This document shows, one piece after another, positions 56,851 through 64,000 of a DNA stretch of 64,000 bases. The stretch comes from Salinispira sp. Lineage in GTDB: Bacteria; Spirochaetota; Spirochaetia; DSM-27196; Salinispiraceae. The position numbers were made by a program, and so were the translations under genes. The notes beneath the pieces are model-generated. The model had not been told where the DNA came from, made no database searches, and saw only the letters and a program-made list of their open reading frames with translations. The stretch's first letter is position 1; each line of letters opens with the position of its first letter. The stretch is from contig OZ271918.1 of NCBI GenBank assembly GCA_965602015.1, positions 3,712,001 through 3,776,000 on the forward strand. The letters run 5' to 3'.

Positions 56851-59415
56851 TTACTTCCGCAGCGTCGCTTCGATGAGGGTATCATCGCCTTCGACGTTGA
56901 GTTCGATGGGGCAGGGCTTCACATTCCAAATATCGTCGGCATACTGGGCAATGGTTCGGTCTGAACTGAACTTGCCGCAGCCGGCGATGTTGTTGATGGC
57001 CATTTCCAGCCACTTTTTCTGGGTCTTGTAAGCCTCGACAATGCGCTGGTGGGCGTCGGCGTAGGACCGCAGGTCCGCCAGGTGCATGTAATTGTCGCCG
57101 TTCTCGAAGAGGGTCTGGCGGATCGGCTCGAAAATACCCGGCTCGCCGAAATTGAAGTATCCGCTGAATAGTAGGTCCAGGGCTTCCTTGATTTCTCCGT
57201 CCTCGAGATAGAACTGGTAGGGATCGTACACCGGCCGAAGCTTTTCAACTTCCTCGGCATCCATTCCGAAGATGAAGATGTTGTCATCTCCCGCTTCTTC
57301 TTTAATCTCGATATTCGCTCCGTCAAGGGTACCGATGGTCAGGGCGCCGTTGGCCATGAACTTCATGTTTCCCGTACCCGAAGCTTCGGTTCCCGCGGTG
57401 GAAATTTGCTCCGACACGTCGGCGGCGGGAATAAGGCGCTCGGCCAAACTCACCCGGTAGTTGCCCAGGAAGTAGACCTGTAGGTACTTGTTCACGTCGG
57501 GGTCGTTGTTGATTACCGTCGAAATATTGTTGATGAGCTTGATGATGAGCTTCGCCATCTGATATCCCGGAGCCGCCTTGCCACCGAAGATAAAGGTTCT
57601 GGGAACCAGATCCTTGGTGTCGCCTTTCTTTATGCGGTTGTAGAGCATAATAATGTGCAGGGCGTTCAGCAGCTGTCGCTTGTACTCGTGGATACGCTTA
57701 ATTTGGATATCGAAGATGTGGCTGGTATCGAGGCTAATCCCGTACTCTTTCTCGACCGCTTCGGCAAGACGCTTCTTTGCATCGAGCTTGACGGCGGCGA
57801 CTTTTTTCTGAAACGCCGCGTCTTTGGCTTTGCCCCGCAGCGCTTCCAATGCCGAAAGATCGGTAATCCACTTGTCGCCCACGGCTTCGTTGAGCAGGGC
57901 GGCGAGGGGAGGATTGGACTTCAGGAGGAAGCGGCGTTGGGTGATGCCGTTGGTCTTGTTGTTAAAGCGCTCCGGCCACATATCAGCGAAATCCGGAACG
58001 AGTCGGGCTTTGAGCAGCTCGGTGTGAAGGGCGGCGACCCCGTTAACCGAGTGTGAACCGACGATGGCCAGGTAGGCCATGCGGATCATTTTGGGCTCTC
58101 CTTCCTGAATGATGCTCATGGCCCGCAGTTTTTCCGAATCTCCGGGGAATTTTACGGCGACTTTGCTGAGGAAGCGGTGGTTGATTTCGAAAATAATCTG
58201 GAGGTGACGGGGAAGCAGTTTTTCAAACATGGGTACCGACCACTTTTCCAGTGCCTCGGGCATGAGGGTGTGGTTGGTGTAACCCATGGTGTTTACCGTA
58301 ATATCCCAGGCCTTGTCCCAGTCCAGATGCTCTTCGTCGATGAGGATGCGCATCAGTTCGGCAACAGCCACCGAGGGGTGGGTGTCGTTGAGCTGAATGG
58401 CTGCCATCTCGGGCAGCTTGCTCCAGGCTTTGCCGGACTTTTTGAACCGGCGAATAATGTCCGCCAGGGAACAGGCGACGAAGAAGTACTGCTGCTTGAG
58501 ACGGAGTTCCTTTCCGAGGTAGAGGGTATCATTGGGGTAGAGAACCTTGGTGAGGTTTTCCGCCTGCACCCGGTCGGCCACCGCTTCGGCGTAATCGCCG
58601 GCATTAAAGTCGTAAAAGCTGAATTCTTCGTTGGCCCGGGCGCTCCACAGGCGGAGGGTGTTCACTGTCCGGCCGCCGTAGCCCACGATGGGCTGGTCAT
58701 ATGCCACGCCGATTACCGTGTCCGCATCAATCCATCGGTAGTTGATCCTGCCGCCGTCTTCGGTGGCAACCACCCGCCCGCCGAACTTGACGTCTACCGA
58801 GATGTCCGGCCGCTCGATTTCCCAGGGGTTTCCGTTGCGAAGCCAGTCGTCGGGGTGTTCAACCTGGAAACCGTTTTCAATGCCCTGACGGAAAATGCCG
58901 TAGTCGTAGCGAAGTCCGTAGCCGAAGGCCGGAAGATCCAGAGTGGCCATGGAATCGATGAAACAGGCGGCAAGGCGTCCCAGACCCCCGTTGCCCAGTC
59001 CCATGTCAGTTTCCTGGTCGCGAAGTTCTTCGAAGTCATATCCGAGTTCTTCCAGGGCCTGTCGAACGGCGCCTTCTATTCCGGCGTTGATGACGTTGTT
59101 GCCCATGGCCCGTCCCATGAGGAATTCCAGGGACAGGTAATAGACCCGCTTGACGTCCTGTTTGTGGTGGGTCCGCTGGGTCTGGAGCCACTGGTTTATG
59201 AGCCGGTCCCGGACCGCATGGGCGAGAGCCATGTATCGGTCGTGCTCGGTGGCGGAATAGCTGTCCACACCCATGGTGTATTTCAGGTTCTCAGCGAAAT
59301 CCCACTTGACGGTTTCGGCGCTTAATCCGCTGCGGATATTCTCCGGTGCGGAGCTGCTTACCTTTTTTGCGGTGGTTTTCTTTGCTGAAGAAGGGGTACT
59401 GCTTTGCTTGGCCAT
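56851..59415 (-). CDS. glgP: Glycogen/starch phosphorylase
   Basis: GLGNGGLGRLAACF, QLNDTHP, KRIHEYKRQLLN, EASGTGNMK; AAGGAG SD before MAKQ. Confidence 0.97.
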   Translation of the reverse strand: MAKQSSTPSSAKKTTAKKVSSSAPENIRSGLSAETVKWDFAENLKYTMGVDSYSATEHDRYMALAHAVRDRLINQWLQTQRTHHKQDVKRVYYLSLEFLMGRAMGNNVINAGIEGAVRQALEELGYDFEELRDQETDMGLGNGGLGRLAACFIDSMATLDLPAFGYGLRYDYGIFRQGIENGFQVEHPDDWLRNGNPWEIERPDISVDVKFGGRVVATEDGGRINYRWIDADTVIGVAYDQPIVGYGGRTVNTLRLWSARANEEFSFYDFNAGDYAEAVADRVQAENLTKVLYPNDTLYLGKELRLKQQYFFVACSLADIIRRFKKSGKAWSKLPEMAAIQLNDTHPSVAVAELMRILIDEEHLDWDKAWDITVNTMGYTNHTLMPEALEKWSVPMFEKLLPRHLQIIFEINHRFLSKVAVKFPGDSEKLRAMSIIQEGEPKMIRMAYLAIVGSHSVNGVAALHTELLKARLVPDFADMWPERFNNKTNGITQRRFLLKSNPPLAALLNEAVGDKWITDLSALEALRGKAKDAAFQKKVAAVKLDAKKRLAEAVEKEYGISLDTSHIFDIQIKRIHEYKRQLLNALHIIMLYNRIKKGDTKDLVPRTFIFGGKAAPGYQMAKLIIKLINNISTVINNDPDVNKYLQVYFLGNYRVSLAERLIPAADVSEQISTAGTEASGTGNMKFMANGALTIGTLDGANIEIKEEAGDDNIFIFGMDAEEVEKLRPVYDPYQFYLEDGEIKEALDLLFSGYFNFGEPGIFEPIRQTLFENGDNYMHLADLRSYADAHQRIVEAYKTQKKWLEMAINNIAGCGKFSSDRTIAQYADDIWNVKPCPIELNVEGDDTLIEATLRK

Positions 59416-59500
59416 ATATACTCCTTTTGCGGCTTCGGCGGACTGTCCCTGAAAAGCACTGTACAGGTAGCGGGAATCCGGCCTCTGATATGGATGCCCC

Positions 59501-59530
59501 ATACTAATAAAACCGGTTTACCGCTGTCAA
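59501..59530 (-). promoter_or_regulatory. Sigma70-type promoter of glgP
   Basis: TTGACA-18 nt-TAGTAT on the minus strand; spacer contains palindrome AAACCGGTTT. Confidence 0.55.
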
Positions 59531-59594
59531 GCTAAGCCGCCGGGGGCACAATGGGGGCTGGAAACACGGGCGCCTGTCGGACTACACTTGAATA

Positions 59595-60689
59595 GTGGAA
59601 GAGAAACGCACGCCGATACAGGGTCCGCTGATCATCGGCCTACACGATGACGGCGTGGCTATACATCTCCAGAACAGGCAAAAAGTCGGCAAGGTGAGGA
59701 TGTTCGACGGCCTGGAAATCTACGGCTATGAAATACCCTCCGCCGATGCCCGTCAGCTCCAGCAGATGGCGGTAAACGGTTTTATGAGCCGCACGGAGTT
59801 CAGTACCGACAATATCTCCCGGGACCGCAAGAATCTTATCGACATCACCAAGTTGCTTACATACGGCATGCTCTACCGACAGTTCGACGCCCGTATTTGG
59901 GACATCATCATGGAATCCGGCATGACCACCATGTGGAACCGCCAGTTTCCGAAGGTTTCCATCGGCTTCGGCATGAACGTGCGGAACGCCGGCATCATGG
60001 CGGTCATCAAAAAAAACGAAGCGGCAATAACGGCCTTCAAGCAGGGCCTGCTCAAATCTATACAGCAAAAGGTCGTCAACAACCCTAATACCCTTGATGA
60101 CGAAAAGCGCAAGAAAATGTACCTGGCAATCCGCTATCTGAATATGGTCGATCCGGTGGTCTGGCTCCTGCTGACGGTATACCGCGAGCATCCCGAAGCC
60201 CAAATGCTGCTGGAGGAACTGCGGACAAGCCTTGGGGTCTATCTCGACCGCTCCGATAGCCCCGAATATCTTGCGCTTATGCTCATCGAGATGATCATAA
60301 TCGTCGGGGGAATAATGTCCGAAGGGGGCGGCGCGGCTGAGGCCGCCCTGGGCCATCAGTCGGTACGAATATCCATGGATTTCTCTGCTAAAAAACGGGA
60401 GAAGGGCGAGAGGACCAAGATGCGCATCCTCATCGCCCGCAATGAGCAGGACTTCGAATCGCTGCGCGACAGGGTCGACTCGAAGTCGAATATCAACCTC
60501 AAGGAAAAAAGTCTCGACAACTTCTTCGCTATGGGAATAGGTTCGGAAATGCAAAACAAGGACCTCGGACTGTACTACCTGTCGTATCTTAAGGATGCCT
60601 GTAAAAAAATGAATATCAGCTTTGAATCCTTCGTCAACTATATCCCCAGCAGCCGGCAGAGCATGATGAATCTTATTTTGACGTTTTAA
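59595..60689 (+). CDS. Hypothetical protein, possible degenerate GHKL/HATPase C-terminus
   Basis: 364-aa ORF with typical codon usage; DLGLYYL near the C-terminus; followed by a terminator. Confidence 0.75.
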   Translation: MEEKRTPIQGPLIIGLHDDGVAIHLQNRQKVGKVRMFDGLEIYGYEIPSADARQLQQMAVNGFMSRTEFSTDNISRDRKNLIDITKLLTYGMLYRQFDARIWDIIMESGMTTMWNRQFPKVSIGFGMNVRNAGIMAVIKKNEAAITAFKQGLLKSIQQKVVNNPNTLDDEKRKKMYLAIRYLNMVDPVVWLLLTVYREHPEAQMLLEELRTSLGVYLDRSDSPEYLALMLIEMIIIVGGIMSEGGGAAEAALGHQSVRISMDFSAKKREKGERTKMRILIARNEQDFESLRDRVDSKSNINLKEKSLDNFFAMGIGSEMQNKDLGLYYLSYLKDACKKMNISFESFVNYIPSSRQSMMNLILTF

Positions 60690-60763
60690 TCCGCTTCTCC
60701 CTGCGTAATCCGACGGCGGCCGATCCGCGCGGGTATTTGTTCTTATCTTCGCCCTCAATACAT

Positions 60764-60794
60764 AAAAAAACCGCAGCGATGTGCTGCGGTTTTT
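60764..60794. terminator. Bidirectional intrinsic terminator
   Basis: AAAAAAA-CCGCAGC-GATGT-GCTGCGG-TTTTT between convergent genes. Confidence 0.85.
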
Positions 60795-60897
60795 GGATCT
60801 CGCGGGAGTGCTGCCGGTAATTGGCCAGCGACCCGGGCGCCTGGCGGTCTGCGGCCGCGGCAAAAGTGCCGGGCTGCCGAAGCGCGGCCTTACGGCG

Positions 60898-61431
60898 TCA
60901 CACTTCCAGGCGCTTCTTCTCGAAATGCTTACCGACGGCGACGGCGTTGCGCTTCTCGTTATAGACCATGCCCTGGTCCCAGTATTCCATGGCGGCGAAC
61001 AGGGCGTTTCCCCCGTCGTGTTCGTCGCTGCGGTCGGTGCGGAAGCTGACAAAATTGTCCAGCTCATCGAAATTCCGCTCCTGAAGACACTTGATCCGCT
61101 GGCGGTTGAATTCATTCCACTTGTCGAGGTTCTTGAATCCCTCGCCCTCGTCTTCGACGATGAGCCGGGCTTCGTTGGTGGAGAAAGAGAACCACACGTG
61201 AATGCTCTTGCTGGGGTCGTTGCGGTTTCCATGCTTTACGGCGTTCTTGAGAAGCTCGGATATCTGCTGTTCCAGCAGGTTGATCTCGTGGATTTCCGGC
61301 GGAGCCTTTTGCACCACCACCAGGGCGAAGTAGCGGATCTGCCGCTGGTCCGAGGCGAACTTCTTGTAGAACATGTTGGTCTTGTCAAAAAGCTTGTGAT
61401 TTTCGTCGACGATTAACTGCTTGGCTTCCAT
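60898..61431 (-). CDS. RsbW/SpoIIAB-like anti-sigma factor kinase (HATPase)
   Basis: ELLKNAVKHG N-box and VEDEGEGF G1 box. Confidence 0.85.
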   Translation of the reverse strand: MEAKQLIVDENHKLFDKTNMFYKKFASDQRQIRYFALVVVQKAPPEIHEINLLEQQISELLKNAVKHGNRNDPSKSIHVWFSFSTNEARLIVEDEGEGFKNLDKWNEFNRQRIKCLQERNFDELDNFVSFRTDRSDEHDGGNALFAAMEYWDQGMVYNEKRNAVAVGKHFEKKRLEV

Positions 61432-61433
61432 GA

Positions 61434-61778
61434 TTACTCCGCTGCTCCGAGTTGTTCGAGGGCTTCTTCCTGGGTGCGTACGATGGGGAAATAGTCGTCC
61501 AACTTCGTCAGTTCGATGACTTTCTTAACTGATCCGTGGATATTGGTAAAAAGGATCTTGATTTCCCGCTTTTTCGACTCCTTGAAAATGTTCAAGAGGG
61601 CGCCGATGCCCGAACTGTCGATATAGGTGACGTCCTGGAAATTCAGTACGATTCTTTTGTGGGAGGATTCGAATATCTTATTAAAATATAATTTTAACTT
61701 ATTCGCGTGAAACAGATCGATTTCTTCCTGCAATTCAACAAGAAGGATGCCGTTCTTATTCTTGAGTTTTACTTCCAC
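61434..61778 (-). CDS. STAS-domain anti-sigma factor antagonist (RsbV/SpoIIAA-like)
   Basis: YIDSSGIGAL phosphorylation motif; AAGGAG SD + GTG. Confidence 0.93.
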   Translation of the reverse strand: MEVKLKNKNGILLVELQEEIDLFHANKLKLYFNKIFESSHKRIVLNFQDVTYIDSSGIGALLNIFKESKKREIKILFTNIHGSVKKVIELTKLDDYFPIVRTQEEALEQLGAAE

Positions 61779-61874
61779 GTATAGCTCCTTGGTTTAATTA
61801 CATTGCTATTATAAACGAAAATCCGGCCTTTGTCTGAGAGAATTTAACAGAATTGCCGGTCCGCTGATGCCCCG

Positions 61875-63821
61875 TTAGGCCTTCATGACGATGAGGGTTT
61901 GGTCGTCATGTTGTTTCGCCGAGCCGACGAAGGCGTCGATGTCGTCCCTTATGGCCTGGAGAATATCGCTGGAAGAGCGCTGGGCGTTGTTCACGAAAAT
62001 TGTCTGGAGCCGATCCTCTTCGTACTGTTCTCCCTGGGGGTTCATCGCTTCGATAATTCCGTCGGTGTAGAGCATTATGGCGTCGCCGGGCATGAGCCGG
62101 GTATGCTTGCGCTCATACTTCGCGTCGCGCTCCAACCCGATGGGCAAGCCCTGCGAGTCGATTTTTTCGATTCTCCCGTCTTCCGCTCGTAGAATTACCA
62201 GCGGGTGATGGGCGGCGTTTGAGTATTCCAGTTCATTGGTATTGGGGTCGAAGGTAATGTAGCTCAGGGTGGCAAATCGCTCGATATCGATACGGCCGGC
62301 GATACCCCGGTTTATCCAGCGTACCACCTTCGAGGCGTCGTTAGTCGATCCGGCGACCAGGTGAATAATGGTCCGAATCATGACCATGATCAGCGAAGCC
62401 GGCACTCCCTTTCCGGCGACGTCGCAAATTACCATGGCGAGCTTCCCGGAACGGTTAAGGGTGATAATATCGTAATAGTCTCCCGAGACACCCTTGGCGG
62501 GTTGGCTCCAGGCGGACACCATGTCCCTGATTCTCCGGGGCATCCTGCCGGGCAGGAGTTTTTTCTGAATTTCACCGGCGATGTTTACTTCCCGTTCAAT
62601 TTCCTGCTTCTCCAAAAGTTGGGAATAGCTGTACAGCGAGTCCAGGGTCAGCGAGGCGTACTCGACGAACACCTTACAGCGCTCGAAGTCCAGTTCGCTG
62701 AACAGTTGCCGTTTTGTCCGATGGATAACCGATACGATTCCGAACACCTCGCCGTTTACCACCAGTGGAATGGCGATGAGCGAGGAAATGAACATGGTGT
62801 TTTCTTTTATGTTGGCCAGCATCCGGCCGTCGTCCACAGTATTACGGATGTATACCGGCTCGTTCTGCAGAGCGGCTTCGCCGATTACCGTTTCGCCCAG
62901 CTTTATCGGCGTGTTTTCAAAATAGGTTTCCACCGATGCAATTTTGGTGGCTACGATTTGGGGGAGTTCGTAGGGTGGGGGGAAGTATCCCTCGCGGCAG
63001 GTAAGCTTGAGGGTTTCGTCTTCCGTATCCCTCAGCAGCACGATGCCCGCCTCGGCGTCGGTGTACTGAACGATGGCCTGCATGACGTATTCAAGAACCG
63101 CCTTTACCTCAATCCTCTCGGTCATTGCGGTACCAATGGTCTGCATAAAGTCGAACAGGGAGTTGAGGTACTGGCTGTTGAACTCCTCATTGTCTACCTG
63201 CAGGCTGTAATAATATCTATCGTACTGAAACATGAAGTAAATGGGCGGCACCAGGGTCAGGGGAATGAGAATGTACTCCGCAAAGACCGTCGTCAGGGCC
63301 GCATCGAACAGCAGGGCCACTCTGGCCATCATGAGCAGAACGAATATCATCACCCGGTTCTGGATGACAAAGCCACCCTGGTCGGTGTTGTACTCCGATA
63401 CGTCGTTCATCAGGAAGAAGAACAGGGCAATCATGACCGAAAGGTGGAGATTGAGGGCGATGAGTATAAGGGTGAGGCTGGGAAAAAACTCCCAGAGCAC
63501 CAGCAGCGGAATGGTCACCGCCAGGATGAGAATGGTATAGGTGATGGTGGTTTTCCGGTGTTTTGAGTAGCTGTGAAGCCACCAGAGGTAAATCACCAGA
63601 ATTACCGCGTCGGTGAGGTAGTAGATGCTCGGGGTAAAATAAAGAGCCGCGACGATTTCCCGCACAATGATGAGCAGGGGGATGCGCTTCAGCACGTTGA
63701 TAAACGGGATCTCGTATTTGAGGGAGATCTGATTGGTCATCGCCAACAGGACCGCGGCGATTATTATTCTGAGCCACTCGGGCCCCGAGAGGAATTCACT
63801 TAAAAATGGTATAACTTGCAT
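61875..63821 (-). CDS. Membrane-bound GAF + SpoIIE/PP2C (RsbU-like) phosphatase
   Basis: Multi-TM N-terminus, GAF domain, VSGDYYD, DVAGKG, YTDGIIE, DDQT. Confidence 0.93.
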   Translation of the reverse strand: MQVIPFLSEFLSGPEWLRIIIAAVLLAMTNQISLKYEIPFINVLKRIPLLIIVREIVAALYFTPSIYYLTDAVILVIYLWWLHSYSKHRKTTITYTILILAVTIPLLVLWEFFPSLTLILIALNLHLSVMIALFFFLMNDVSEYNTDQGGFVIQNRVMIFVLLMMARVALLFDAALTTVFAEYILIPLTLVPPIYFMFQYDRYYYSLQVDNEEFNSQYLNSLFDFMQTIGTAMTERIEVKAVLEYVMQAIVQYTDAEAGIVLLRDTEDETLKLTCREGYFPPPYELPQIVATKIASVETYFENTPIKLGETVIGEAALQNEPVYIRNTVDDGRMLANIKENTMFISSLIAIPLVVNGEVFGIVSVIHRTKRQLFSELDFERCKVFVEYASLTLDSLYSYSQLLEKQEIEREVNIAGEIQKKLLPGRMPRRIRDMVSAWSQPAKGVSGDYYDIITLNRSGKLAMVICDVAGKGVPASLIMVMIRTIIHLVAGSTNDASKVVRWINRGIAGRIDIERFATLSYITFDPNTNELEYSNAAHHPLVILRAEDGRIEKIDSQGLPIGLERDAKYERKHTRLMPGDAIMLYTDGIIEAMNPQGEQYEEDRLQTIFVNNAQRSSSDILQAIRDDIDAFVGSAKQHDDQTLIVMKA

Positions 63822-63875
63822 GTTTTTCCCTGTGCGCAGCTGGTCGCGACGGATTTTTACCTTTATATGATCGGA

Positions 63876-63904
63876 ATTATACCGTGAGAATTAAGTGTGC
63901 ACAA
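63876..63904 (-). promoter_or_regulatory. Sigma70-type promoter of the RsbU-like gene
   Basis: TTGTGC-17 nt-TATAAT on the minus strand. Confidence 0.6.
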
Positions 63905-63955
63905 GAAAATGAAGACCATGAGCCGCCCGCAGGTCTTGCAGGCGGCGCGAAGGTC

Positions 63956-64000
63956 TTAGCGGCAGCCGTCTTCTTCACCGACAATGCCGAAGTTCAGCAA
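63956..64000 (-). CDS. Possible C-terminal fragment of a gene entering from beyond the window
   Basis: Open frame LLNFGIVGEEDGCR-stop followed by a GC hairpin; too short to confirm. Confidence 0.35.
   Translation of the reverse strand: MLNFGIVGEEDGCR

Noticed and set aside
59640..61232. 530-aa minus-strand ORF
   Set aside because: Shadow frame crossing a terminator and overlapping two better-supported genes.

Overview
A 64 kb, mostly GC-rich bacterial chromosome segment. Gene content and protein style suggest a free-living spirochaete (inference only). Housekeeping and metabolic genes include a DAHP-synthase-like/prephenate dehydratase fusion (5' end outside the window), leuS, trxA, argA, a GH2 beta-galactosidase, htpG, aroA, bcp, slyD and glgP. 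There are also a YeeE/YedE pair, a histidine kinase plus REC-GGDEF pair, and an RsbU/STAS/RsbW partner-switching operon. No rRNA, tRNA or CRISPR array was seen. Most notable: (1) a ~15.1 kb giant repetitive surface-protein gene, split by a 1-bp deletion, lies downstream of a secreted transglutaminase-like Cys protein; a 2.4 kb AT-rich single-lipoprotein islet bounded by 75-bp direct repeats separates them. (2) The DAHP-synthase domain has lost several catalytic and metal-binding residues, suggesting a pseudoenzyme. (3) Three intergenic structured-RNA candidates occur, two exposing anti-Shine-Dalgarno loops. (4) At least seven genes have leaderless-mRNA architecture. (5) A complete IS1-like element with atypical inverted repeats and an 8-bp target duplication sits at a stop codon. 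Start codons were chosen by eye and family calls come from motif recognition, not database searches.
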